From Myxococcota bacterium (lineage in GTDB: Bacteria > Myxococcota_A > Polyangia > Polyangiales > Sandaracinaceae), in the NCBI GenBank assembly GCA_036149055.1, contig JAYZQJ010000078.1:23519-87518 (forward strand): a stretch of 64,000 nucleotides of DNA, written 5' to 3'. The first letter of the stretch is position 1, and each line of letters begins with the position of its first letter. Shown here piece after piece: positions 1-9,537 of this stretch. The notes under the pieces were generated by a model that did not search any database, had not been told where the DNA came from, and saw nothing but the letters and a program-made list of their open reading frames with translations. Position numbers and translations under genes: made by a program.

Positions 1-1
1 G

Positions 2-1147
2 GAGATCTTCGACGCCGCGTACCTTCGGTACGCCCGGTACGTGGATCCCGAGACGGGGCGACGATGCACGATCGATCGCGTGGTCGAAGACCTCGCGCTG
101 CGGCGACGTCGAGCAGAGCTGGACCGGGGTGCGATCACCGGAGTCGGATTCTCCGCCTGGAAGCGACGCATCGTGCCCCGCTTCGTGGGCGGTCCCGGCA
201 CGACGCTACGCTTCGTTGGGGATGTCGACTCGACGACCGACGGCGAACGGCTCCTGGTGTGGGGCAGCCGCGAGGTACCCGAGGGGCGCGAGGTGTGGCG
301 AATGGAAGACGGCTTCCTTCGCTCGGTAGGATTGGGCTCGGATCTCTACTCCCCTTCATCCCTCGTCGTCGACCGACGGGGCATCTACTACGACCCCAGC
401 GTCCCCAGTGAGCTCGAGCACCTACTCGAGAGCGCAGATGTGAGCGAGACCGAGCTCGAGCGAGCACGGCACCTGAGGCAGGTCATCGTCGAACGCGGCC
501 TCAGCAAGTACAATCTCTTGGGGTCGCGTCGGCGCGTCGGTGTCGGTGAACAGGGGCGCCGCGTCGCGCTCGTCATCGGACAGGTCGAGGACGACGCCTC
601 CATCCGCCTGGGCACGGTGGATATCGCGCGAAACGAAGACCTGCTCCGCGCAGTCCGCCTCGTACGCCCGAACGCCCATCTGGTTTACAAGCCTCACCCC
701 GATGTGGTGAGTGGCAACCGACGCGACTCGTTGCCGCTCCGGCTGGCGAAGGTCCTGTGCGACGAGGTGGTCACCGACGGCACGCTCGCAGACTGCCTGG
801 CTGCTGCTCAGGAGGTCCACACGATGACCTCACTCGTGGGGTTCGAGGCCCTGCTGCGCGGCCTCTCGGTGCACGTATACGGGCTCCCCTTCTACGCCGG
901 GTGGGGCCTCACCTCGGACCGACACGCACACCCCCGCAGGACGCGACGTCGTACCCTGGACGAGCTGGTCGCCTTGACTCTCATCCGCTACCCACGATAC
1001 GCGAGCGCCGTCACCGATCGCCCCACCACACCGGAGGTGGTCGTGGCGCAGCTTGCTTCCGCGCGGATGGCGACGGGCGGCGGCAGGCCCGGTCGCGCCT
1101 GGACGAAGCTCTGGAATCTCCTCCGCGAGGTCAGCGGTGCTCCCTGA
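2..1147 (+). CDS. kpsC: Capsular polysaccharide biosynthesis protein KpsC (beta-Kdo transferase, Capsule_synth family), 5' part outside window
   Basis: Frame is open from base 2 (EIFDAAYLRYARYVDPETG). KpsC motifs: RMEDGFLRSVGLG, SLVVDRRGIYYDP, SKYN, GQVEDDASI, YKPHPDV, VHTMTSLVGFEALLRG, GLPFYAGWGLT. kpsS follows. Confidence 0.92.
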   Translation, partial: EIFDAAYLRYARYVDPETGRRCTIDRVVEDLALRRRRAELDRGAITGVGFSAWKRRIVPRFVGGPGTTLRFVGDVDSTTDGERLLVWGSREVPEGREVWRMEDGFLRSVGLGSDLYSPSSLVVDRRGIYYDPSVPSELEHLLESADVSETELERARHLRQVIVERGLSKYNLLGSRRRVGVGEQGRRVALVIGQVEDDASIRLGTVDIARNEDLLRAVRLVRPNAHLVYKPHPDVVSGNRRDSLPLRLAKVLCDEVVTDGTLADCLAAAQEVHTMTSLVGFEALLRGLSVHVYGLPFYAGWGLTSDRHAHPRRTRRRTLDELVALTLIRYPRYASAVTDRPTTPEVVVAQLASARMATGGGRPGRAWTKLWNLLREVSGAP

Positions 1148-2375
1148 TCTGAACATCAGCCACGCGCTACTCCTTCAGGGTCCCGCAGGCCCGTTCATGC
1201 GCCGCTTCGCCGATGAGCTTCGTGCGCAGGGCATCGCGGCCACGAAGGTGAACTTTCATGCGGGGGACGCGGTCTTCTTCCGCGGTCCCGATGCGCTGTC
1301 CTACCGTGGCCGCTTCGACGAGTGGCCCGCCTTCGTCGAACGACTCATCGTCGAGAGGGGCATCGATGGTGTGTTCGCGTTCGGCGATTGCCGTCCGCTG
1401 CACCGCATGGCGTTCGAGGTGTCCCGCGGCCTCGGGGTCAAGGTGTTCGCGTTCGAAGAGGGCTACCTGCGTCCCGATTGGATCACCCTCGAACAGGGCG
1501 GCGTCAACGGCAACAGCGAGATGCCGCGCGACCCCAGCTTCTACGAGAGCCTCTCGTTGCCGGACTTGCCGGAAGCCACGCCCATCGGCGCCAGCTTTCA
1601 CTACAACAGCTGGTACTCGACGCTGAGCGCCCTCGCCTTCACGCACCTCAACGGTGGCTATCCGCACTACCAGCATCACCGACCGCTGAACGCCTGGTAC
1701 CACACGTTCGTCTGGTGCCGGAACGTGCTCAGGAAGCGTCGGTTCGCGTGGCAAGAGCGCCATATGATGAGCGAGCTGACCGGACCGCTCTCCGGGCGGT
1801 ACTTCTTCGTTCCGCTTCAGGTGCACTGCGACTTCCAGATTCTCCACTCTCCGTACGACAACGTGTTGCAGTTCGTGGAAGAGGTCGTCGCCACCTTCGC
1901 CGAACACGGGAGGGCGTCCGACCACATTCTGTTCAAGCACCATCCCATGGATCGAGCGTACCGGGAGTACGGTGACCTCTTCCGGAAACACGCGCGCCAG
2001 TACGGCCTCGAGGGGCGGCTGCACTACTGCCACGACCTTCACCTCCCAACGCTCCTGAAGAACGCGAAGGGCACGATCACCATCAACAGCACGGTGGGCC
2101 TGAGCTCGATGTTCCACGGGACACCCGTCGTCTGTCTCGGCACCGCCGTCTACGACATGCCAGGACTCACGCATCGGGGAGACCTCTCCTCCTTCCTCGA
2201 CGCTCCCGGCACCGTCGACGCGCAGCTCTACGAGTCTTTCAGGCGCTACCTGCTACACGTGAACCAGGTGAACGGGAGCTTCTACAAGCGCCTCCCCGGG
2301 GTCCCCACACCGACCGGTGCTCGCTGGTTTCCTGGGCTCCCAGCGGAGCTCGCCGACGGGTCCAACTCCAGGTGA
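1137..2375 (+). CDS. kpsS: Capsular polysaccharide biosynthesis protein KpsS
   Basis: GTG at 1137 overlaps the kpsC end. Motifs LLLQGPAGPF, FEEGYLRPDWITLEQGGVNGNS, FVPLQVHCDFQI, FKHHPMDR, TINSTVGLS, QVNGSFY. Confidence 0.92.
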   Translation: MLPDLNISHALLLQGPAGPFMRRFADELRAQGIAATKVNFHAGDAVFFRGPDALSYRGRFDEWPAFVERLIVERGIDGVFAFGDCRPLHRMAFEVSRGLGVKVFAFEEGYLRPDWITLEQGGVNGNSEMPRDPSFYESLSLPDLPEATPIGASFHYNSWYSTLSALAFTHLNGGYPHYQHHRPLNAWYHTFVWCRNVLRKRRFAWQERHMMSELTGPLSGRYFFVPLQVHCDFQILHSPYDNVLQFVEEVVATFAEHGRASDHILFKHHPMDRAYREYGDLFRKHARQYGLEGRLHYCHDLHLPTLLKNAKGTITINSTVGLSSMFHGTPVVCLGTAVYDMPGLTHRGDLSSFLDAPGTVDAQLYESFRRYLLHVNQVNGSFYKRLPGVPTPTGARWFPGLPAELADGSNSR

Positions 2376-4645
2376 GCGCCCACCGTACGCTCGCCCTCGG
2401 CCGACGACGGTCACGCTTCTACCGTTCCATCCGATCGGCCATGTTCGCCTTCGGCGAGGTCGTCTTCCTGGACGAGCGCACGCGAGGAGCGGAGGCGGCG
2501 CTCGCCGCGTTTCACCGGGGCGGCTTCGATCAGGTGTTGATGCCCAACCCGTATGGCAACGCAACCAGGTTGCGGGTCTACCGGGAGCTGCGCGCCTCGG
2601 GAGCACGGGTGATCGCCAGCGATCGCGGAGCCCTCCCGGACACCTGGTTCTTCGACGGGGGCTTCAACGCCGACTCCGACTCGTACCGGCCCGAACACTG
2701 GGATCACCCCCTACCGCTCGAGGAGCAGGATGCGACTCGCGACTATCTCAGGAGGCTTCGTGGAGGGGGGCGCGCACTCGAGGAGCAGGGGCCGCGCCGC
2801 GGCGCTTCCAGGCTTCGACGCACACTGGGGCTCGAGGGCCAGCGGGTGCTCTTCGTGCCACTTCAGCGACCGCGCGACACCGTCGTTCGCTACTTCGCCG
2901 ACAACGTCGATGGTCTGGAAGGTTTCCTGACGTTCGTACGCGACCTGACGAGTCGACTCGCACGAGGCGGAGACCACCCGTGGGTCGTCGTCTACAAGAA
3001 GCATCCTCTCGAGCGCGACGCTCCAACCGTGCAGGGGGCGGTCCGAGCACCGGATGAGGCGCACGTTCACGACCTGCTCGACATGGCGGATGCCACGCTC
3101 GTGCTCAACAGCGGCGTCGGCCTACTGAGTCTCGCCTTCGGCAAGCCGACGCTACACGTGGGTGAGGTCTTCTATGGCGCGCCCGGCCTCTCCATCTCGG
3201 TGCGGAGCCCGGACGCAGCCGCTGAGCACCTGACGAATGCGACGCCACAGCCCGACCCCGAGAAGGTCGAACGGTTCGTCCATCACCTCACGCGCCGCGT
3301 CTACTCCTTCGTCGATCCGCGGACTGAGCTCGAGAGTGAGGCAGGTGGCGCCTTGCGCCGCGTCACGCGCTCGCTTCGCTTTCGCACCCTCAACGTCCTG
3401 GGTCGGGCCATCGAGGTCGACTCGCCGAGAGTGTTGGTGCTCTGTCCACTCACGCCATGGCCATCGAGCCGAGGCAGCCAGAGCCGAATGGATGCGATGA
3501 TCCGCGGGCTCATCGACCGGGGCGCTCGTGTCGACCTCGCGGTGCTCGACTCATCACAACCGGCGCCGACACAGACCGCGACTCGACTCCGCGAACGCTA
3601 CCCCGAGGCGGGCGCGGTGGTCGTTCATCCGCACCCGCACGGGCGCGGGTCCTGGCACCGACGCGTCGACCGCCTCCTCGACGCAGTGACGGGCGACCTT
3701 CATCGGATCGCCAACCGATCGACCTGCCCCCCGTCTTTCCGGCGGGCCGTCCGGAATCTGTGTGCTCGCCGCCAACCAGACTACATCCTGGTGAACTACG
3801 CGAAGCTGACCCCGGCGCTCCCTCGAGACCTCGACGCGATACGGGTGGTGGATACGCACGACCATCAGACGGCTCTTCTTCGCGAGGACCAATCGAAGAA
3901 CCGGATCCGCCGATGGGTGAACCTGTCGCGGTTCGCCGAGAGCGAGTCACGCGCGCTCGCGCGATACGACCGGCTCATCGCGATCGGCGAGTCGGAGGCG
4001 CGCACGTTCGCGTCGCTCTGTCCGACCGCCGAGGTCCACTGCATCCCTGCCTTCACACCGGCGCGGGTAGACGAGGGGGTGGAGACCGACATCGACATGC
4101 TCTTCGTCGGTTCGATCAGCAACTTCAACGTCAAGGGCCTCAGGTGGTTCGTGGACGAAGTCCTTCCCCTCGTCCGCCGTGACTTGCCCGACCTGGTCCT
4201 GACGGTCGTGGGCAGCGTCACGCGAGCCCGCGAGTTGAGCCTCCGGACTCGAGGGGTGCGCGCGCTGGGCGTCGTGTCCGATCTCGACAGCGTCTACGCG
4301 CGGTCGCGCCTGGTGATCGCACCTCTGCTCGGGGGAGCAGGCATGAAGATCAAGGTGGTCGAAGCGCTCTCGCGCGGAAAGCCGCTGGTCTGCACCCACC
4401 ACGCCGCAGAGGGCATCGCCCTGACGCACGGTGTCAGCGCGTGGCTCGCCGACGCGCCGCACGACTTCGCCCGCGGCGTGGTCGCGCTGTCGAGAGACGA
4501 AGAGCTTCGAGGACGGATCGCGGTCGGCGGGCGAGCTGTCCACGCGGAGGACCATTCACCAGAGGCAGCCGCGAGTCGGCTGTCGGCTGTGTTCCGTCTG
4601 GGCCCCGTTCAGCCGACGTCCGTGGGCGCCCACGGCACGAAGTAG
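2372..4645 (+). CDS. Two-domain glycosyltransferase: N-terminal Capsule_synth (KpsS-like) domain plus C-terminal GT-B/GT4-like domain
   Basis: GTGA overlap with kpsS. N-terminal half: DRGALP, LFVPLQ, KKHP, VLNSGVGL. C-terminal half: VDTHD, LFVGS..NVKGLRWF, PLLGGAGMKIKVVEALSRGKP. Confidence 0.8.
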   Translation: MSAHRTLALGRRRSRFYRSIRSAMFAFGEVVFLDERTRGAEAALAAFHRGGFDQVLMPNPYGNATRLRVYRELRASGARVIASDRGALPDTWFFDGGFNADSDSYRPEHWDHPLPLEEQDATRDYLRRLRGGGRALEEQGPRRGASRLRRTLGLEGQRVLFVPLQRPRDTVVRYFADNVDGLEGFLTFVRDLTSRLARGGDHPWVVVYKKHPLERDAPTVQGAVRAPDEAHVHDLLDMADATLVLNSGVGLLSLAFGKPTLHVGEVFYGAPGLSISVRSPDAAAEHLTNATPQPDPEKVERFVHHLTRRVYSFVDPRTELESEAGGALRRVTRSLRFRTLNVLGRAIEVDSPRVLVLCPLTPWPSSRGSQSRMDAMIRGLIDRGARVDLAVLDSSQPAPTQTATRLRERYPEAGAVVVHPHPHGRGSWHRRVDRLLDAVTGDLHRIANRSTCPPSFRRAVRNLCARRQPDYILVNYAKLTPALPRDLDAIRVVDTHDHQTALLREDQSKNRIRRWVNLSRFAESESRALARYDRLIAIGESEARTFASLCPTAEVHCIPAFTPARVDEGVETDIDMLFVGSISNFNVKGLRWFVDEVLPLVRRDLPDLVLTVVGSVTRARELSLRTRGVRALGVVSDLDSVYARSRLVIAPLLGGAGMKIKVVEALSRGKPLVCTHHAAEGIALTHGVSAWLADAPHDFARGVVALSRDEELRGRIAVGGRAVHAEDHSPEAAASRLSAVFRLGPVQPTSVGAHGTK

Positions 4646-7600
4646 GGGTCCAGAGCCCACTCCCCGCCCAACGGCCTCTGCCCGGTCACGACCAGGAGGT
4701 CCTCTCGTGAGCTCACGTCCCCGGACCCTCGCGAGATCCGAATCTCGACGTCTTCGGGGAGCTCCAGCTCTTCGCGCGCGCGACGCTCCAACCAAGCACG
4801 CGTCACGGGCTCCTCGAGCTTGCGGTAGGTGAGATCCAGACGATCGGTGGGCTTCAGGTTTACTTCCAGCGGAAGGTAGCCGCGCTCGATCGCGCCCCGC
4901 CTCACGGTGTCGGCGAACGCACGCCATCGACGCCACCACGCCCGAACATCGAGGTTGCCCGCGCTCACGTGGCGCCAGGACGTCGGGGCCACCTCGGGAA
5001 CGAGTCCTTCCAGATCCGCAGGCAGCCGGCGACTGCACCCCGTGTGGCGCTGCATGAGGTGACTCAAGTACGCGTCCACGTCTGCACGAGAGGGTGGGTC
5101 TCCCCCCGTGAGGCCCTTTCCGCTGTAGATACTCCGCCCGAACGCCAAGACCGGACGTTCGTGGAGCAGCGCGGTGAGCCCGACGGTGGAGTTCACCGTG
5201 ACCACGAGGTCTGCGAGCCGGATCCAGGCGTGCAGGTCTCCGCTCGCGTCCACGTACACTCCATCGAGGGTGGGTAGCTTGACGGTCGCGGTCTCCTCCG
5301 GGTGCGGTCGCACCACGATGGCCGTGTTCTCGTCGTGGTACTGGTCCCAGACGCGCTGAACGAGCGCCCCCATGCTGTCGATCTCCGGGCTGTGGAGCAG
5401 CAGGTTGGTGTCGGACTCCACCTGAAGGGGGACGAAGATGATTCGCCGGGCCGACCTCCACGGTCCCGCCCGACGCAGCGCGTCCATCTCGTCCTTCCCC
5501 ACCGAAGGCACCACGGACCGCGCCCGCGCCACGTCTTCGGCCGACACCACTTCCTCGCGAATGGAGCTCATCGGAGCGTCGGGCAACCGGCTGTAGCCAT
5601 TCACTCCGCTCCGGTCGACGAAGACGCAGCTCGGGAGCAGCGACCGCTCCATGAAAGCGCGCGGCAGCCCGCGAATCGACGCCGCCTGCCGCAGCAGGTT
5701 CGCGGTGATCCCCGTGTAGCCGTTCCAGACCAGCAGCACGTCCGGGCGCACCTCGTCGAGCATCCGGTCGATTCTGTGAATGTGTCGCAGCGCGTGCTTG
5801 CGAGACGCGCTCTTCTTGTGGGAGTTCCACCCCTTTGCAGCCGCCCGCGCGGCCGCCAGGTCGTCGAGATCGTAGTGCCGATGGAAGGCGGGAACGACGC
5901 GCTCGGCGAGGCCATAGACCCACTCGCGAGAACGGCGGACGGCCGTCGGTTCCTCGAAGGCCTGCAGGGACACGACATCGACGCCATGGGCGAGGAAGTA
6001 GTTGCGCCCCGTGGTTCCGTAGACGAGCGCGATCGGGTGGTGGCCTCTCTCGCGGATCACCTCCGCGAGGCCGACGCAGCGGTCCCAGTTCTCGTAGTGG
6101 TCGCCGACCTGCATGAGCACTCGCCGAGTCTGCGGAGCGAGCTCACCGATCTCGACGGCGGTCGGTCGCTCCAAGAGATCGATGAGTGGGGCGTAGGCGG
6201 CAGAGTCTCCGAACCGGCCGGCGGCCGCACGGCGCGTCTCCAGCCTCTTGGTGCTCCACGAGCGGGGCTCCTCGATCTCGCGCTCGAGCGCGCGGGTGAC
6301 GTCGTCCGCGCTCTCGGCGATCACGGCGAGGGTGTCATCGCCCAGACACCTCGCGCCCATCGGAGTGGTCACCAGGAGCCGACACGCCATCAGGCTCTCG
6401 ACCGCCTTGAAGTTCAAACCTCCTTGCACGACCAGCGGGTTCAACAGCGCGTCGATCGATGCGTAGAAGTCCCGCAGAGAGCTGACGAAACCAACGCGCT
6501 CCACCCCCTTCGCGAGGAAGGCCGCGTCGGCGACGGCAGGGACGTTGGAGATCGTACCGGCGAGGAGGAGTCGCGCCTCCGGCCAGCGAGCCACGACGGC
6601 GGGCCACCAACTCGAGAGCAGCAGCTCCACGGCCTTCACGTTCGCGTCCATCGCCCCGCCGATGAACCCGAACACCGGCCGCTCCGCATCGGGTTCGCGT
6701 GGCTCCATCTGCGCGTAGTCGAACCCGGTAGGCACCTCCAGCACGCGCTCTCGCGGCAGGTGCCTGCGAAGCACCTCGGCATCGGACGCGCTGATGGCCA
6801 GCACGTGGTCGAACGACCGGAGCACCTTCAGCTCCAGAGCTCTTTCGCGCTCCGGCGAGAACCCGAGACGAAGCTCACCTCGGTTGTGAGTCTCCGTGCG
6901 GACGAACTGCACATCGTGCGTGTCGCAGATCCACCGGTACCTCCCGAGCAGCCGCGGGGGAACGAGGGCCCGGATCCTCTCCATCCAGGCATAGTTCACG
7001 ATGATCGTGTCGTAGCCGCCTCGCTCGAGGAGACGACGAAGCCGGACCCGCCCCGAGAACGCCGCGGCGGTGTGGAGCCTCTCCTCGAACAGCTTGGGGG
7101 GGGGCCTGTTCACGCCCGCGACGCGACGCAGCGCCAGCTCGGCTCGTCGCCGCGTCTTCATGTGAGGCGGGAGCTTTCGCCCGCTGGGGCCGTTCACGTG
7201 GACGGCCGGACAGAGCTGAGACAACACCACACGCGCCCGGTCCGCGGTGCGCTCGTTGCCACAGGTGATGAGCACGTCACAGTCGTGGCCGGCTCGCGAC
7301 AAGGCCTCGAGCACACCGAAAGCCCGCTGATGCGAGCCCATCGACGTCGGCACGATCGGGCCAGGAAACACACTGAGGACGCGGCTCCGAGCGCGCGCTC
7401 GCGGCTCGTGGTCGGCCAACGCCCCGTCCGGCCCCGTGAGTCGTTGGATGGCCACGACGTCGAGCGCCGACAGCTGCCGGACCCAGACGAGCGGCAGCGG
7501 CTCCTCGGGGCCGAAGCCCACGAGAACGACTCTCAGCTCGCCCGCGGTCGGCGGCAGGACGCCGAGCGCGTCCGCATCGCCCAGAGCTCGATAGAAGGAT

Positions 7601-7740
7601 GTCGGTGCGGCGAGCGGCGGTCTGTCGGCCGAGCGAAGCACGACGGCGCGGCCGCCGGTCTCGGCTTCGAGGGCACTCACTTCGGCATCGGAGAGCAGCG
7701 CGCTCGGATGCTCGATCAGAAGCAGCAAAGGAGCGGTCAT
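4609..7740 (-). CDS. Large multidomain glycosyltransferase: GT4-like domain followed by a Capsule_synth (KpsS-like) domain
   Basis: Likely start ATG 7740 (MTAPLLLL); the upstream part of the 1238-aa ORF is low-complexity and overlaps the next gene. GT4 motifs CDTHD, FIGG..ANVKA, GGLNFKAVESL. Capsule_synth motifs MERSLLP, GVNGYS, FVPLQVESD, RPHP, TVNSTVGL. Confidence 0.8.
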   Translation of the reverse strand: MTAPLLLLIEHPSALLSDAEVSALEAETGGRAVVLRSADRPPLAAPTSFYRALGDADALGVLPPTAGELRVVLVGFGPEEPLPLVWVRQLSALDVVAIQRLTGPDGALADHEPRARARSRVLSVFPGPIVPTSMGSHQRAFGVLEALSRAGHDCDVLITCGNERTADRARVVLSQLCPAVHVNGPSGRKLPPHMKTRRRAELALRRVAGVNRPPPKLFEERLHTAAAFSGRVRLRRLLERGGYDTIIVNYAWMERIRALVPPRLLGRYRWICDTHDVQFVRTETHNRGELRLGFSPERERALELKVLRSFDHVLAISASDAEVLRRHLPRERVLEVPTGFDYAQMEPREPDAERPVFGFIGGAMDANVKAVELLLSSWWPAVVARWPEARLLLAGTISNVPAVADAAFLAKGVERVGFVSSLRDFYASIDALLNPLVVQGGLNFKAVESLMACRLLVTTPMGARCLGDDTLAVIAESADDVTRALEREIEEPRSWSTKRLETRRAAAGRFGDSAAYAPLIDLLERPTAVEIGELAPQTRRVLMQVGDHYENWDRCVGLAEVIRERGHHPIALVYGTTGRNYFLAHGVDVVSLQAFEEPTAVRRSREWVYGLAERVVPAFHRHYDLDDLAAARAAAKGWNSHKKSASRKHALRHIHRIDRMLDEVRPDVLLVWNGYTGITANLLRQAASIRGLPRAFMERSLLPSCVFVDRSGVNGYSRLPDAPMSSIREEVVSAEDVARARSVVPSVGKDEMDALRRAGPWRSARRIIFVPLQVESDTNLLLHSPEIDSMGALVQRVWDQYHDENTAIVVRPHPEETATVKLPTLDGVYVDASGDLHAWIRLADLVVTVNSTVGLTALLHERPVLAFGRSIYSGKGLTGGDPPSRADVDAYLSHLMQRHTGCSRRLPADLEGLVPEVAPTSWRHVSAGNLDVRAWWRRWRAFADTVRRGAIERGYLPLEVNLKPTDRLDLTYRKLEEPVTRAWLERRAREELELPEDVEIRISRGSGDVSSREDLLVVTGQRPLGGEWALDPYFVPWAPTDVG

Positions 7741-7829
7741 CACGGGGCTCGTGCAAGAAAGTAAGGGCGACGTGTTCTCCACGCCGGACCAAGATGGTGT
7801 ACGCGGAGAAACTGCCTCCGTCGAGGCCG

Positions 7830-9191
7830 TCAGTTCGCTCCGTCTCCGCACGTGTTGCCAAGCGACTGGATACAACCGCCCTCGCTGCGATTCCCGCGCA
7901 CCGTCAACTCGCGAGGGGTGCCGTGGCGAAGCTGCAGACGGCACCCCGGCGCGAGTTGGTTCCCGATGACCTCCGTTCCACGCAGGTTCGCCCCCGGAAG
8001 CAGACGGCCTCGAAAGGCGACCGGCTCGAGGTGGACTGCGAGGCAGGAGTCGGAGGTCTGGCCCGGAGCGAACGTGTTCCCGATCACTCGGTTGCCCAGG
8101 GTGTGGATGGCGACGGCCGCCCATCGTTCGGGCGCCACGAACACGTTGTCGCGAATCACGTTCCCACGGGCCTCGTCGGGGGCGGAACCGGCACGCCCGC
8201 CGAGGGTCGCGCACCAGCCGGACTCGTAGGCGTGGCCCTGGCGTGAACCGACGATGATCCCGTCCTCGATCCGACTCTCCGCGACCAGATTGAAGGAAGC
8301 CCCGCGGGGCCGGATGATGGGACACACGGTGCCACGCAGCTCACCGCAGTTGTGAAAGAGCCGGATTCCCGCTCCGTGGTTGCCCCGGGTGAGCGTGCGG
8401 AGCACCTGGGTACCCGTGGAAGAGTCGATCGCGATCCCTTCGCGCCGACGCGTGTCCTCGACCACCGAGTCCATGACGCGCGTGTCCTCACTGGAAGCAT
8501 CGACGTAGACGCCGACCTCGTGGGCTCCGTGCACGCGAACCCGCTCGAGAACGACCCCTCGACTGTAGGCCCCCACGTAGACGCCGAACTTGGCGTCCGA
8601 CACCTCGACGTCCTCCACGCGAACGTCGCGATGGCCTCGTAGTCGGTCGTTCAGCTCGTCGCCCCGGAAGTAGCGCATCAGCTCGACCGCCGCGTGTCCG
8701 GTTCCCGCGATCGTACAGCCAGCGATCGTGACATCGCGAAGCGACCGGTCTTTGGGAGCGCGCACCCCCGGGTGCGCCTCGGCACCCGCATGCCGGATCG
8801 TCTGGCCTGCGCAGTCGACCCGAACCCCATCCTGGTCGAGGAGCACGGTCACGTCGAACGTACCGCCGCCGCGGCAGAGCTCGACGTCCGAGTCCGCCAG
8901 CAGGCAGCCCCACTCCGCGAAGTCCTCCGCGGGGACGCAGCGCCCCGCGTAGTCGGAGGCGCGTCGGACCACCGGACAGGCCGCGGGATAACGATCGGCC
9001 ACTTGCCTGTCGCATTCCAGGCGGGAGAGCTCTGCCTGTTCCTCCCCGAGCCTGGAGCCGACCGACGCTGCGGCGGTCTCCGCTCCTCGTCCACAGCCCG
9101 AGAGAAGCGCGATTGCCAGGAGATGAACGATGACCAATGTATTGGTCGGCAACCGCGGACACCTCACGACCAATGAAACCCGGTTGCCCAT
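7830..9191 (-). CDS. Right-handed parallel beta-helix (pectin-lyase-like fold) protein, probable lipoprotein; start may be TTG 9137
   Basis: Lipobox-like LLAIALLSGC. Repeating beta-helix rungs (DVTIAGCTI, DVRVEDVEV, GVVLERVRV, GNVIRDNVF, GNRVIGNTF, VIGNQL, VRGNRS). Confidence 0.7.
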   Translation of the reverse strand: MGNRVSLVVRCPRLPTNTLVIVHLLAIALLSGCGRGAETAAASVGSRLGEEQAELSRLECDRQVADRYPAACPVVRRASDYAGRCVPAEDFAEWGCLLADSDVELCRGGGTFDVTVLLDQDGVRVDCAGQTIRHAGAEAHPGVRAPKDRSLRDVTIAGCTIAGTGHAAVELMRYFRGDELNDRLRGHRDVRVEDVEVSDAKFGVYVGAYSRGVVLERVRVHGAHEVGVYVDASSEDTRVMDSVVEDTRRREGIAIDSSTGTQVLRTLTRGNHGAGIRLFHNCGELRGTVCPIIRPRGASFNLVAESRIEDGIIVGSRQGHAYESGWCATLGGRAGSAPDEARGNVIRDNVFVAPERWAAVAIHTLGNRVIGNTFAPGQTSDSCLAVHLEPVAFRGRLLPGANLRGTEVIGNQLAPGCRLQLRHGTPRELTVRGNRSEGGCIQSLGNTCGDGAN

Positions 9192-9212
9192 GGGTGGCAG
9201 ACGAGCGCTGAC

Positions 9213-9497
9213 TCAGCCGATCATCCAGATGACCATGGCGAGGGCGGAGACGCGGAGCACGAAGAGGAAGGCGACGAGCTTGTAGGCCTTCGTGTGGGCG
9301 TGGGCGCGGCTCTTCAGCAGGCCGAGGAGGACCGGGACGTTCATCGCCAGGACGACGGTGATGAGGCCGCCGATCGCGGCGTGGAGCGCGGCGCCGTCGA
9401 GGCGGAACTTCGTGATGAGCACGAAGCTGCCGACGAGCACGAGCCACGTGTAGCGGCTCAGCGCGCGGGCGAGCTTCGGGTCGTCGAGTCTGGGCAT
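9213..9497 (-). CDS. Small integral membrane protein (94 aa, about 3 TM), unknown function
   Basis: ATG 9497 (MPRLDDPK). Three hydrophobic stretches and host-like high GC3. Lies directly downstream of pstA. Confidence 0.6.
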   Translation of the reverse strand: MPRLDDPKLARALSRYTWLVLVGSFVLITKFRLDGAALHAAIGGLITVVLAMNVPVLLGLLKSRAHAHTKAYKLVAFLFVLRVSALAMVIWMIG

Positions 9498-9537
9498 CTG
9501 CGCCCGGAGGGTGAGCCCGCCCGCGGGTCCCGGCAAG

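Noticed and set aside
7741..8325. N-terminal 195 aa of ORF 4609..8325
   Set aside because: Arg/Pro/Gly-rich off-frame read-through overlapping the beta-helix gene; the real start is more likely ATG 7740.
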